Source: Candidatus Parcubacteria bacterium (GTDB lineage Bacteria; Patescibacteriota; Minisyncoccia; UBA6257; 2-01-FULL-56-20). From it: 64,000 nt of DNA. Shown piece by piece: positions 1 to 10,439 of this stretch. The DNA lies in contig DAIDJL010000002.1 in assembly GCA_027450205.1 (NCBI GenBank), forward strand, positions 7,870-71,869. Reading direction: 5' to 3'. The notes below the pieces were generated by a model, which saw nothing but the letters and a program-made list of their open reading frames with translations, was not told the origin of the DNA and did not search any database. How positions within the stretch are numbered: the stretch's first letter is position 1; each line of letters begins with the position of its first letter. Made by a program: the position numbers and the translations under genes.

Positions 1-1898
1 CTCCGGATCCCCGCAGCGACCGCCTCTTCCTTTGCGATCGTAAAATGCCCGATCTCGCCGGTGTGCGAAACGTGAGGACCGCCGCAGAACTCTATGGAGA
101 ACGCCTTATCGAACTGCGGATTTTCCAACGTCGCATCCTTCGGACCGATGGAGTATACCGACACCCGCGCCGGATACTTCTGTCCGAACTCGTGCTCGGC
201 GCCAAGCTTCTCCGCATCCTCAAGCGCCATCTCGCTGCGGATCACCGGCAGATCCTCCGCGATCTTCTCGTTCACGATCTTTTCGACGGACGCCTTTTGT
301 TCATCGGTCAGTTTCGCATCATGCAGATAATCAAGGCGCAGCCGCTCGCTTGTGATATTGCTCCCCCGCTGTTTGACCGTCGGCCCGAGCACCTGCTGAA
401 GTGCACGCAATAAGAGATGGTGTGCAGTATGCAAACGCACTGTCTTCTCCGATGTGTCCGCGAGACCGCCCTTGAACGTGCCGGCGGATGCGGTGCGGGA
501 AAGGTCGCGATGTTTTGTAAACTCGCGCTCGAATTCTTCTTTGTTCACCCGAATGCCTTTTTCCGTTGCAATCTCCTGCGTAAGCTCCCACGGGAATCCA
601 TAGCTTTGATAGAGATCAAACGCGTCCTTGCCGGTGATCATCCCCGCGCCTTTGCGCTTTTCGAACTCACGAAGCCCCTCGGCCACCGCTGCCATGAATT
701 TCCCGAACTCCTCATTGATCGCCATTGCGACCTTCTCTTCGTCTTCCGCAAGATTCTCATAGCTATCTTTATAAAACCCGGCCACCACCTTGACCATGGA
801 ATCCACCCATCCCTCCTTTGGCTTCACCGATAATGAAAATAACGCCGTCCTCCGAAGTAAACGACGCAGCACATATCCCTGTCCTTTATTAGATGGCAGA
901 ACACCGTCACCGACAAGGAATATTGCCGCACGAATGTGGTCCAAAATAATACGCGTCTTCCGCACGCCTTCCTCCGTCTCCATGATCGCGGGGTCGACTG
1001 CCAAAACATTCGCCATCGCATCAAATATGTCTATATGAAACACATCCGGATCGCCGATCGATGCGGCGGTGATGCGCTCCAACCCTCCGCCGAAATCCAC
1101 GTTCTGCTGGGAAAGCTTTTCGAACTGACCGTCCTCGCGCCTTTTGTATTCCATGAACACGCTATTGCCGATCTCCAAAAAACGGCCGCAATCGCAATTC
1201 GGATGGCAATGCGCGCCGAACGTTGCGTCGTGCCGGGGGCGGCCCGATCCATCATTTTCGCCGAAGTCATAGAACACTTCCGAATCCGGGCCGCCCGGTT
1301 CGCCCGCCGGCATTTTGGACGGCACACCTGCACGCGACCACCAGTTCTTTTTTACGTCGTATGAAAATATCCGGCCGCCCTGCATGCCGACGGCGCTTCC
1401 GTTCTCTTCCGAGCCGAGCGCGACGTACTTCGCGTCAATGTCCTTCGAATGGAAAAGATCCGTCCAGATGCGCACCGATTCATCGTCAGCGGGAATTTCC
1501 ATCTCCGAATCCCCCGCAAACACCGTCACATACAGATTCATCGGATCAAGTCCGACGCCGTCCTTCTTATCGGTGAGAAACTCAAAGAACCATGGAAGCT
1601 GCTCCTTTTTGAAATAATCGCCGAGCGACCAGTTGCCAAGCATCTCGAAGAACGTGGTGTGACGGTTGTCGCCCACCTCGTCAATATCGTCCGCGCGGAA
1701 ACTTTTTTGCGAGTCCGTAAGCCGGCGGCCTTCCGGATGCGGCTGGCCAAGCAGATACGGCACGAGTGGCTGCATGCCCGAGCTCGTAAAAAGCGTCGTC
1801 GGATCGTTCTCCGGCACGAGCGACGCCGAAGGGATCACGTTATGCCCCCGCGCGGCGAAAAATTTCAGATAGCGGGAACGAACTTCTGATAATGTCAT
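1..1898 (-). CDS. alaS: Alanine--tRNA ligase (3' end runs off the window)
   Basis: Manual translation from ATG at 1898: MTLSEVRSRYLKFF..DPTTLFTSSGMQP..HTTFFEMLGNWSLGDYFK; window edge reads EEAVAAGIR. Absent from the ORF track because there is no stop in the window. Confidence 0.96.
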   Translation of the reverse strand, partial: MTLSEVRSRYLKFFAARGHNVIPSASLVPENDPTTLFTSSGMQPLVPYLLGQPHPEGRRLTDSQKSFRADDIDEVGDNRHTTFFEMLGNWSLGDYFKKEQLPWFFEFLTDKKDGVGLDPMNLYVTVFAGDSEMEIPADDESVRIWTDLFHSKDIDAKYVALGSEENGSAVGMQGGRIFSYDVKKNWWSRAGVPSKMPAGEPGGPDSEVFYDFGENDGSGRPRHDATFGAHCHPNCDCGRFLEIGNSVFMEYKRREDGQFEKLSQQNVDFGGGLERITAASIGDPDVFHIDIFDAMANVLAVDPAIMETEEGVRKTRIILDHIRAAIFLVGDGVLPSNKGQGYVLRRLLRRTALFSLSVKPKEGWVDSMVKVVAGFYKDSYENLAEDEEKVAMAINEEFGKFMAAVAEGLREFEKRKGAGMITGKDAFDLYQSYGFPWELTQEIATEKGIRVNKEEFEREFTKHRDLSRTASAGTFKGGLADTSEKTVRLHTAHHLLLRALQQVLGPTVKQRGSNITSERLRLDYLHDAKLTDEQKASVEKIVNEKIAEDLPVIRSEMALEDAEKLGAEHEFGQKYPARVSVYSIGPKDATLENPQFDKAFSIEFCGGPHVSHTGEIGHFTIAKEEAVAAGIR

Positions 1899-1940
1899 AA
1901 ATCCTATGGTAAACGAAAAATGCCGGTATTTCCAGCGTTC

Positions 1941-3239
1941 CTACAAGCTGTCGAATCCTTCCAGCGCAGCAGCTTTCCCGTGCTCGCGGATCTTCTCGAG
2001 CGCCTTCGCCTCGATCTGACGGATGCGCTCGCGCGTGACGCCGAACGCCTTGCCCACTTCTTCAAGTGTGTGACTTATACCGTCATCCAAACCAAAACGC
2101 ATCTTGAGGATCTGCTGCTCGCGCTCGGTAAGATCGATCATAATCTCTTTGATAAGGTCCCTGAGCATCGCGCGCGCGGTCAGCTGTGACGGCGTCGCGT
2201 TGCGCTCGTCGGGAATGAAATCGGACAGCGTGGAATCCTCCTCATCGCCGATCGGCGTTTCAATGGAGAGCACTTCCTGCGAGATCTTTTGGATGTGGCG
2301 CACTTTTTCCACGTCAATGCCCATTTCCGCAGCGATCTCCTCCGCGAGCGGATCGCGGCCCAGCTCCTGGATGAGCTGGCGGCGCACCTGCGTGTACTTT
2401 GAAATGGTCTCTACCATGTGCACCGGGATGCGCACGGTGCGCGACTGATCGGCAAGCGCGCGGGTGATCGCCTGGCGGATCCACCACGTGGCATACGTGC
2501 TGAACTTGAAGCCGCGGCGGTAGTCGAATTTTTCGACAGCGCGGGACAGACCGATATTCCCTTCCTGGATGAGATCGAGAATGCTCAAGTGCGGCGTGCG
2601 ATTGACGTATCGCTTCGCGATGGAAACTACCAAACGCAAATTCGCCTTCATTAAACGCTGACGCGCTTCTTCGTCGCCTTTCTCGGAGCGCTTCGCGAGT
2701 TCGCGCTCTTCGTCCTTCGATAAAAGCGGCGTCTTCCCGATCTCTTTTAAGTACATTTGCACCGCGTCCGGCACGTCGCCCTCGAACGCCATAGAGTCGT
2801 CGATCGTGTCGCTCTTTTCGTCCTTTGAAAAATCGATCAGCGCGCTCGTCTCGATCACTTTGATGCCCGCCTTTTCCAAGCGGTCATAGATCTCGTCAAG
2901 CAGATCGACATTGTCTTCGATCTTGGGGAAATAATAGAGGATCTCGTTGTCGGTCACAAAACCGCGCGGGCGGCCGCGCTCGATGAGCTCGTTGATCTCC
3001 GACGCATTGACCTTGATGGCCTTATCCAGCTTGGAAAGCGGCTTGCCCTTGCCCTTTTTTGCCGCCGGAGATTTTTTAACAAACTTCGACGCCAGACGTT
3101 TTACGCTGGCTTTGTTCGTCTTCTTTACCAATGCCTTTCCGGGCTTCTTTTTTAAAGCTTTCTTTGTTTTCTTCGCCATGTGGCTTTTTTTATCCGCTTT
3201 TTTTGCCGGCTTCCGAACGCCCTTCTTTTTTGAAGGCAT
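1941..3239 (-). CDS. rpoD: Primary sigma-70 factor with Lys-rich N-terminal extension
   Basis: [49 protein letters not shown]; follows dnaG. Confidence 0.97.
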   Translation of the reverse strand: MPSKKKGVRKPAKKADKKSHMAKKTKKALKKKPGKALVKKTNKASVKRLASKFVKKSPAAKKGKGKPLSKLDKAIKVNASEINELIERGRPRGFVTDNEILYYFPKIEDNVDLLDEIYDRLEKAGIKVIETSALIDFSKDEKSDTIDDSMAFEGDVPDAVQMYLKEIGKTPLLSKDEERELAKRSEKGDEEARQRLMKANLRLVVSIAKRYVNRTPHLSILDLIQEGNIGLSRAVEKFDYRRGFKFSTYATWWIRQAITRALADQSRTVRIPVHMVETISKYTQVRRQLIQELGRDPLAEEIAAEMGIDVEKVRHIQKISQEVLSIETPIGDEEDSTLSDFIPDERNATPSQLTARAMLRDLIKEIMIDLTEREQQILKMRFGLDDGISHTLEEVGKAFGVTRERIRQIEAKALEKIREHGKAAALEGFDSL

Positions 3240-3345
3240 GAGATATATACGATATCATCCTCTATTTCTTACGATTTTGCAAGGGATGCCTTGGTCTCTG
3301 CCTGCACTCTTTGAAACACCGGCGAAGACGGATTCAAAATAATTC

Positions 3346-5124
3346 TTACGCTTCCCCTCCGGGAAGCTTGCTCAACTCAGCAAGCGCGGCTTCGAGCTCG
3401 GACTGATTGCCACGCGCTTCGGCGTTGCGTACCGCGAGCGAGAGGATCTTGCGCCGCTCTTTATAATATTCCCTCGCAAGGCCGTCTTTTATTACCGCGA
3501 TGTCCTTGTCGGAAAGTTCGCTCGCGGCGGTCGGATCGCGAAGCACAATAAGGTTCACGATAGCGTCGAGTGTGGCGTCGTCACTCCTGCGCTCGCCGCG
3601 CTTTAATAGAGCGAAGATCTCTTTTTGCGCGGGAGTAAAGAATGCGACACAGTCCTCTATGAATGCGAAGTCATTGCGCGCGAGCGCGATGGCGAAGAGG
3701 TCCTCTGCTATAAGCTCCTGGCGCGAAACCTGGCGTTTGGGAGCCTGCTCGTCCTGTCCGGCCATATTGTTCGTGGTGGAGGGAGTTGGCGCTGCGTATT
3801 GTGTGGCCGCCGACTTCTCTCCCTCGTCCTTGAGCGTCGCTTCATCAACCCCCGTGCGCTTGGCAAGTTCCTTCATCCAGAAATCCCGTTCCACCGGACT
3901 CGCGATATTCCGCAGCTTTAATAACACCGTACGCAATTTACCGAGACCCTCGCGCGTCGTGAATGCGGCGGGGTCAGACGACGTTGCGCCCGGCGCGAGC
4001 GGCGGCAGATATTTTTCAAAATAGAAAACCGGCGCCGTCACCGCCGCGGCCACTGTCGTGCGTACATTCTCCGGATCCGCTTTCGCCGCATCCGCCGCAT
4101 CCTTGAAACCACGATACGTCGCCACCTTCACCGAAAAATCATTCGCTTCAGCGAGGTCGATCGCGCGCTCGGCGGCGTCGGAGCCGGCAATGTCCGAGTC
4201 AAAACATAAAATGACCTCGTCCGCCAGGCGCCGCACGGAACGCAGGTGGTCGGCGGTGAGCGCGGTACCCGATGACGCGATCACATTGCGCACGCCGCTC
4301 TGGTAGCTCATCAAAAAATCCATCTGGCCCTCCACGAGCACGGCGGTCTTCACCTCGCGGATCGCGTCCCTGCTCTTCCAAAACCCGTAGAGCAGGCGCG
4401 ACTTCTGGAAGATCGGCGTCTCCGGACTGTTCACGTATTTTGCGGTCACGTACGCAGCCTTCGGATCGTTCGACGTATCGAACTGCGGAAGAATGCGGCC
4501 AGTGAAGCCGACCACCTTGCCAAGATGGTTGTGGATCGGGAACATGACGCGGCCGCGGAACCGGTCGAGCATCATCCCCCGCTCCGTCTTTATGGACAGG
4601 CCGGCCTGCAGGAGGTCCTGTGGCGCGGCGCCACCGTTCAAAAGATGCATTGAAAGATCCTCCGGTTCGTTCGCCGCCCAGCCAAGCTCGAACTCCTCTA
4701 TGGTGGCCGGCGTAAGCCCGCGCTCCGCCAGATATTGCTTGACGATCGGCGCCGCCGAGAGCGCCTTCACGTAAAAATTTTTTGCCGAAGCGTTCAGATC
4801 GTAAAGCAATCCGGTATAGCGGTATTCGGCGGGATTCTCGTGCCGCAGTTCGACTCCCGCTTTTTCCGCGAGCATGCGCAAAGCCTCGCCGAATTCCATA
4901 TTCTCGTACTTCATCACAAAACCGAAAATGTCGCCGTCCGCGCCGCAGCCGAAACAGTGGAACCGCTGGCGCTCGGGCGAAATGCTGAACGACGGCGATT
5001 TCTCATGGTGGAACGGACAGAGCGCTTTGAAATTCTTGCCCGCGGGCGTGAGCGTCAGATACCCGCGGAGAAAGTCCACGATATCAAGCTTGCTCTTTAT
5101 AAGTTCGGCGGTGGATGATGGCAT
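3346..5124 (-). CDS. dnaG: DNA primase
   Basis: CPFHHEKSPSF..CFGC zinc finger, KYVNSPET, Toprim VEGQMD and FDSDIAG. Confidence 0.97.
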   Translation of the reverse strand: MPSSTAELIKSKLDIVDFLRGYLTLTPAGKNFKALCPFHHEKSPSFSISPERQRFHCFGCGADGDIFGFVMKYENMEFGEALRMLAEKAGVELRHENPAEYRYTGLLYDLNASAKNFYVKALSAAPIVKQYLAERGLTPATIEEFELGWAANEPEDLSMHLLNGGAAPQDLLQAGLSIKTERGMMLDRFRGRVMFPIHNHLGKVVGFTGRILPQFDTSNDPKAAYVTAKYVNSPETPIFQKSRLLYGFWKSRDAIREVKTAVLVEGQMDFLMSYQSGVRNVIASSGTALTADHLRSVRRLADEVILCFDSDIAGSDAAERAIDLAEANDFSVKVATYRGFKDAADAAKADPENVRTTVAAAVTAPVFYFEKYLPPLAPGATSSDPAAFTTREGLGKLRTVLLKLRNIASPVERDFWMKELAKRTGVDEATLKDEGEKSAATQYAAPTPSTTNNMAGQDEQAPKRQVSRQELIAEDLFAIALARNDFAFIEDCVAFFTPAQKEIFALLKRGERRSDDATLDAIVNLIVLRDPTAASELSDKDIAVIKDGLAREYYKERRKILSLAVRNAEARGNQSELEAALAELSKLPGGEA

Positions 5125-5208
5125 GGTCACGCGATGATCGTTGTCTGAATCTTACGCCAAAAAAAATGGCGCCGCAATCGGACCGCGAGGCGCATTTTTT
5201 ATTTATTA

Positions 5209-6291
5209 TTATATGACCGTCGCGTGCAGAAACCCGATGTTCTGGTTCAACACAATGCACAGTCCCGCCACTACGATCACAACCAGCCCGCCCAGGATAA
5301 GCCGCGGATATTGCACGCGGATATTGATGAACGTATTGAGCGCGATTGCGATCAGGAAAAGAACCATTAAGAAAAGATAAAAACCGTTCGCCAGCGCTTT
5401 CGGATTTGAGAGAAGCTGCTGGACGACATTGCTCTGCGCGACCGGGGCGGGCGATGCCTGCACGGGAGTCGCCGTCGCGGGAACCGGCGTCGGCTGGTCT
5501 GTCTGGGCGCTCGCGCCCCTTACCGCGACAAAGCTTTGCTCCGAGCTTGTGGTCTGTGAGTCCTGCATCGCAACCACCGTCGGCACGGCCGCGATCGGAG
5601 CGGGTTTTTTTATTTTTACCGGCGCAATGGCAGCGATCTTTGCCGGTGCCGGCGGCGGCGCCGCTGAGGGAGCCGTCGCGGCATTCGCGGTATTTACGAA
5701 CGCGACCGGAGCAATGGCGGGAGCCGGAGTACCGAACTCCTCCACCACATACGTGGCAGGCTGGCCGTTATAAATCCCCTGCGCGGTGGCAATGCCGATC
5801 TGCGTATAATTGGTATCCAAAATATTCGCGCGGTGCTCCGGGGAATTCATCCATGCGTTCGTTACGTCCTGCGAATCGGAAAAATTCACGGCAAGATTCT
5901 CTCCTGCGTAATCAAAATTGTATCCGACCTGCTCGAACCAGTACCATGGCGTGAGTCCCTGGGGGCTTGTGTGTGCGAAATACCCCTTCGTCGCCATATC
6001 ATTCGCTTTCTCCTGCGCCGCCGCCTGAAGCAACGGGCTCACCTGGAGATCGGGCAGGCCGTCCGCTACGCGGTTCTGATTGGTTTCATCCACAAGCGCG
6101 TTCGCTTCCACAATACCGAACAATTTTGACTGCGGAATGATGTACTTCGCGCCGAAGACGAATACCGACTCGGCAACAAGCGCGACCATGCATACGAATG
6201 CGATCGTCCGTGCCCGCAAAATATGCGGTTTATGGTCGTTCCCCTCGTGCGGAATGAAATAATTCTTGGCCGCCCGCTTGACCCTTTTCAT
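5209..6291 (-). CDS. CAP/SCP domain membrane protein
   Basis: YFAHTSP, GENLA, WMNSPEHRANIL; N- and C-terminal TM segments; Pro/Ala linker. Confidence 0.9.
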   Translation of the reverse strand: MKRVKRAAKNYFIPHEGNDHKPHILRARTIAFVCMVALVAESVFVFGAKYIIPQSKLFGIVEANALVDETNQNRVADGLPDLQVSPLLQAAAQEKANDMATKGYFAHTSPQGLTPWYWFEQVGYNFDYAGENLAVNFSDSQDVTNAWMNSPEHRANILDTNYTQIGIATAQGIYNGQPATYVVEEFGTPAPAIAPVAFVNTANAATAPSAAPPPAPAKIAAIAPVKIKKPAPIAAVPTVVAMQDSQTTSSEQSFVAVRGASAQTDQPTPVPATATPVQASPAPVAQSNVVQQLLSNPKALANGFYLFLMVLFLIAIALNTFINIRVQYPRLILGGLVVIVVAGLCIVLNQNIGFLHATVI

Positions 6292-6323
6292 GATATATAT
6301 TATATCATATTTCCCCAATAACA

Positions 6324-6350
6324 CAATACCCCCGTTTTACGGGGGTATTG
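6324..6350. terminator. Hairpin after the DUF11 gene
   Basis: caataccccc-gttttac-gggggtattg inverted repeat. Confidence 0.6.
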
Positions 6351-6380
6351 TGCCGCCATGAGCGGTCCTATCCGGGACGA

Positions 6381-9300
6381 TTACTCGCCCGTGTCCACCT
6401 TCAATGCCGGAACCGGCAGATTGAGCGGAGGGCACATGATGAGATTGATCCACCGCTGCGTCGTTTGATAGACGTAACTCGTTGGAGTGAATTGCGTCGG
6501 GAGCCCCAATGGGAGCCACGGCGCAAGCACTTCAGTGTGGTATTTCACCTGGAATTGGTTCACCGCCGCGATCGTCTGATCGCCGTAATAACCTGTGATC
6601 GGCAAGTGCAGTCCAAGATTCTGGTTAAGGAATATTTGGAGCTTCTTTACCTGTGCCGGATCGTTCAGGTCTTTGCGGATCGGGTGGATGTAAGAAGTGA
6701 GATACAGTCCGCAGCTTGCGCCGAGAACCTGGCCCGTACTCGTGCTTGCGCCGAGAACCTGGCCCCCACCACCTCCTCCGCCGCCGCCGCCACCACCGCC
6801 GCCGCCGACATTAATGGTCACGCTCGAGGAATTGTTTCCGGAAAGCGGATCAACTACGGTCGGCGATTCGTGCACCGTAGCGGTGTTTGTGATCGCTGTC
6901 CCGTTCGCCGCGGTAACTGTTGCGGTGATCGTGAGCGTGGCACTCGTGCCATTGTTCATCGTACCGATCGTCCAGATCCCCGTCGAGCTCGCGTAGGAGC
7001 CTTCCGACGAAGTTGCTGAAACGAAGGTGACGCCCGAGGGCAGAGTGTCATCCGCCACCACGCCGAACGATGCTGACGGGCCGGCTGCGGTCACGGTCAA
7101 TGTGTAATGGATGGTGCTGCCCGATGCCGGGTTCGCGTTGTCCACCGTTTTCACAATGCCGATCTCCGCGCTCGGCGTATTACCGCCGCCGCCACCCCCG
7201 CCGCCGCAATTGCTGGTACAAGGTGCGGCCTGGACATTGAGCGTCACCGACGAACTGTTGTTCGCGGGATTCGGATCAATGACCGATGCGAGCGTCGAGG
7301 AAACGGTCGCGGTATTCGTGATCACGGTACCCGCCGGAGCGGAAACCTCTGCCGCGATGGTCAACGTTGCCGTTGCGTTCGGAGCAAGGGCGCCGATCGT
7401 CCATACGCCGGTACCGAGATTATAGCTCGTGCTTGCGGTCGTCGTCGCCGCGATCGTTGCCAGTCCCGCCGGCATCTGATCGAGCGCGCTGATCATGGAA
7501 TCCGTCGCGGGGCCGTTATTGGTCACAACAATGGTGAAGTTCACATTGCTGCCCGTCACCGGGTTCGCATTGTCCACCGTTTTTACGATGGCCAGATCTG
7601 CCTGGTTCGATGACGAAGCATTGCCGACCACGGTCGTTGCTTGCGCAATATTATTCGCCGTGTTCGTATCCGTCAGAGTCGATGACTCGCCGATGGTCGC
7701 CTGGTTCGTGATCGTGGTGCCGGCAGTGCCTGTCGCATTCACGGTCGCGGCGATCTGCAGGGTTGCAGTCGCGTTCGGCGCAAGGGTGCCGATCGTCCAG
7801 GTTCCCGTCGTGCTGTCATACGTCGTACTGGCCGATGTGGTCGCATTCACGAACGTAAGTCCGGAAGGCAACGTGTCGGTTGCAACGACGCCGGTCGAAG
7901 GCTGAGGGCCGAACGCCTTCGCAGTGATCGTGTAATGGAGCATATCGCCCGGAAGGGTTGACGTTGCATCCACGGTCTTCGTGATGGCGATGTCGGCATC
8001 ATTGCCGCCGCCTCCGCCGCCCTGCACCGTGATCGGAACAGTCGAGGAATTATTCCCTGGGTTGTTATCGATCGTGCTGGTGGATTCGGAAACGGTGCCG
8101 GTGTTATAGATGGTGGTCCCGGCCGTGCCGGAATTCACCGTCGCTGCGATTTTCAAGGTTGCGGTCGAGCTTGCGCTCATGTCGCCGATCGTCCAGATCC
8201 CCGTCGAGCTCGCATAGGAGCCTTCCGACGAAGTTGCTGAAACGAAGGTGACGCCCGAGGGCAAGGTATCGCTCGCCACGACGCCGGTCGAGGTCGCGGG
8301 GCCGAGTGCGGCAACCGTCAACGTGTAATTGACCGTATCACCGACGCTCGGATTCGCGTTATCAACCGTTTTCGTAATGGAGATGTCCGCCGAAGGAACC
8401 GTGGTGGTCGCCGTCGGCACGTTCCACGCCACGCAATAATATGTGCCGCCCGCCGCCGGCGAGACAACCCGATCATAATTGTCGTAGTTGAGCACGTCGG
8501 TATGGCAGAACATTTCAGCGCTCGTGGTGCTGTTCACCGCATGTCCCGGATAGAAACTGAAAGGGATATATCCGGATTGCAGATCCTCGCGCACCCAGAA
8601 ATTCGAGGTGCTGGTCGGATTCGCGATCTGGACGGTCGCCTGTCCGTTGCTATTGGTCGGGCCGAAGGTATTCCATCCGGTGGAGGTCGGCGCGCTGCCG
8701 ATAAAATCGCCTCCAACGTTCGGGTCGGCCACGGACGAATTGCCCCACTGGAACTGCCATCCTGACGCCACGTGGCATTCGGGATGCGCCGCAATGAAGT
8801 TCGCCGCCGTGCTTGAGGTGATGACCGCTCCCGTGCCGGAAAGGTACGGAAGGTCGGACACGCTCGGACAAACGATCTTTGTCGCAACGATGGTCGCCGA
8901 CGGTGTCGATGTCGGCACGGTCTGCACGAAGATCGAGACGCTCGAACTGTTGTTCGCGAGGTTTGGATCGGTCGTGCTGGCGGATTCGCCGACGGTCGCG
9001 GTGTTCGTGATGGTGGTCCCGGCCGTGCCGGAGTTCACCGTCGCTGCGATTTTCAAGGTCGCGGTCGAGCTTGCGCTCATGTCGCCGATCGTCCAGATCC
9101 CCGTCGAGCTCGCGTAGGAGCCTTCCGACGAAGTTGCTGAAACGAAGGTGACGCCCGAGGGCAAGGTATCGCTCGCCACGACGCCGGTCGAGGTCGCGGG
9201 GCCGAGTGCGACAACCGCGACGGTGTAATGCACGGTCGCGCCTTCGGTCGTCGACGTCACGTCAGCGGTCTTGCTGATCGAGAGGTCGGCGGACTGAGGC

Positions 9301-10166
9301 GTGGAGCTTCCGACGATGATCGTCGCGTCGCCCGAGACTGCGGAGCTTTGTGTGCACGAACTTCCGGGATAGTTGATCGTCGGAGTATTCGTGATCGTCT
9401 GCCCCGCCGCGCCCGCACCCACCATCGCGGTGAGCGTAAGCGACTCGCCCGAGAGCGCGCCGTTTACCGTGCCGAGATCCCAGATCCCCGTCGAGCTCGA
9501 ATACGTTCCGATCGAAGGATGCGCGGAAACGAATGTCAGTCCTGCGCCAAGCTGGTCGGTCACGGTAATGTCCGTCGGCGCGGTGGCGCTGAACGAACCG
9601 TTGTTCAACGTATAGGTGATCGTATCGCCCACTTTCGGAGCCGCGTTATCCACGCTATCCGTCAATGAGCCCGATACAGTGCACGAACCGCCCGTCCCGC
9701 CGGTATACGTCGCCGTCACCGTGCAGGTGTTCGCATCTCCGTTTGCGACCGTAGCGGAGCAACCGGATGAATACGAAACGGAATAGTTCGCGGGGGCAGA
9801 GGTCACTTTGACCTGGTATTGCTCCGGATCAAGATTGACCAATGTTCCCGACGCCGACCCGTTGAAGACATACGTGTCACCGTAGTAGGTGCCACTGCTC
9901 TCATCGGTAAGGGTCAGCTGGAAGTTCGAAGGGGTCGCGGTCCCGCCGCCGGTATTCACGACGTTCACAATGGTGGTAACACTGGAACACCATGAGCCGG
10001 GGCTGCAAAACCACGCATGCGCGCTGGGGACCATTGATCCGCCGGCAAGCATGTTCCCTCCGAAAAGGATCGCACCCGCAAGAAGAAGACCGAGAGCCAC
10101 CGTTGAAACAGCGCTCTTTGGCCCCTTTTTTGCGGAGCTGAGAAACTTTCGAATGAAATAATCCAT
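6381..10166 (-). CDS. Large secreted surface protein with six DUF11 (Ig-like) repeats, poly-Gly linkers and a C-terminal peptidoglycan-binding-like domain
   Basis: Repeated ADxxIxKTVD..YTxTV..DTLPSG..WTIG..NNSSSV units; GGGGQVLGAS; VKKLQIFLN..TGYYG..T.AAVNQFQ. Confidence 0.88.
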   Translation of the reverse strand: MDYFIRKFLSSAKKGPKSAVSTVALGLLLAGAILFGGNMLAGGSMVPSAHAWFCSPGSWCSSVTTIVNVVNTGGGTATPSNFQLTLTDESSGTYYGDTYVFNGSASGTLVNLDPEQYQVKVTSAPANYSVSYSSGCSATVANGDANTCTVTATYTGGTGGSCTVSGSLTDSVDNAAPKVGDTITYTLNNGSFSATAPTDITVTDQLGAGLTFVSAHPSIGTYSSSTGIWDLGTVNGALSGESLTLTAMVGAGAAGQTITNTPTINYPGSSCTQSSAVSGDATIIVGSSTPQSADLSISKTADVTSTTEGATVHYTVAVVALGPATSTGVVASDTLPSGVTFVSATSSEGSYASSTGIWTIGDMSASSTATLKIAATVNSGTAGTTITNTATVGESASTTDPNLANNSSSVSIFVQTVPTSTPSATIVATKIVCPSVSDLPYLSGTGAVITSSTAANFIAAHPECHVASGWQFQWGNSSVADPNVGGDFIGSAPTSTGWNTFGPTNSNGQATVQIANPTSTSNFWVREDLQSGYIPFSFYPGHAVNSTTSAEMFCHTDVLNYDNYDRVVSPAAGGTYYCVAWNVPTATTTVPSADISITKTVDNANPSVGDTVNYTLTVAALGPATSTGVVASDTLPSGVTFVSATSSEGSYASSTGIWTIGDMSASSTATLKIAATVNSGTAGTTIYNTGTVSESTSTIDNNPGNNSSTVPITVQGGGGGGNDADIAITKTVDATSTLPGDMLHYTITAKAFGPQPSTGVVATDTLPSGLTFVNATTSASTTYDSTTGTWTIGTLAPNATATLQIAATVNATGTAGTTITNQATIGESSTLTDTNTANNIAQATTVVGNASSSNQADLAIVKTVDNANPVTGSNVNFTIVVTNNGPATDSMISALDQMPAGLATIAATTTASTSYNLGTGVWTIGALAPNATATLTIAAEVSAPAGTVITNTATVSSTLASVIDPNPANNSSSVTLNVQAAPCTSNCGGGGGGGGNTPSAEIGIVKTVDNANPASGSTIHYTLTVTAAGPSASFGVVADDTLPSGVTFVSATSSEGSYASSTGIWTIGTMNNGTSATLTITATVTAANGTAITNTATVHESPTVVDPLSGNNSSSVTINVGGGGGGGGGGGGGGGQVLGASTSTGQVLGASCGLYLTSYIHPIRKDLNDPAQVKKLQIFLNQNLGLHLPITGYYGDQTIAAVNQFQVKYHTEVLAPWLPLGLPTQFTPTSYVYQTTQRWINLIMCPPLNLPVPALKVDTGE
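8109..9210. repeat. Intragenic direct repeat 8109-8310 / 9009-9210 (202 bp, 3 mismatches); a third partial copy 6964-7042 is identical to 9085-9163
   Basis: Line-by-line comparison of the sequence. Confidence 0.95.
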
Positions 10167-10319
10167 TCTTTTTTAATATTTATTTTTAAGACCTTTGATG
10201 TATATAAAATTATCAAAGGGCCCAAAAATGTATTTGTGAAGGTGCGATTTTGAACAAACTAACTGCACTGGTTATACAATAAAGACATCAAATATGCAAC
10301 ACGCATGCGGATAAAAACA

Positions 10320-10349
10320 TTGACATTTAATATAAGAATATGCTATATA
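10320..10349 (+). promoter_or_regulatory. Putative sigma-70 promoter of the orphan operon
   Basis: TTGACA-N18-TATATA with TG upstream of the -10, in an AT-rich intergenic region. Confidence 0.6.
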
Positions 10350-10439
10350 ACAAGCACCTCGCAGGGGATCAAAAAATCCCCGCGAGAGCAACCGACAGCA
10401 TCCTTGAAAACAGAAAACTACGGAGTATGAGGTGTTGAG

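Noticed and set aside
8109..9210. DGR template/variable repeat pair
   Set aside because: Both copies are coding, the mismatches are synonymous and not adenine-specific, and there is no reverse transcriptase
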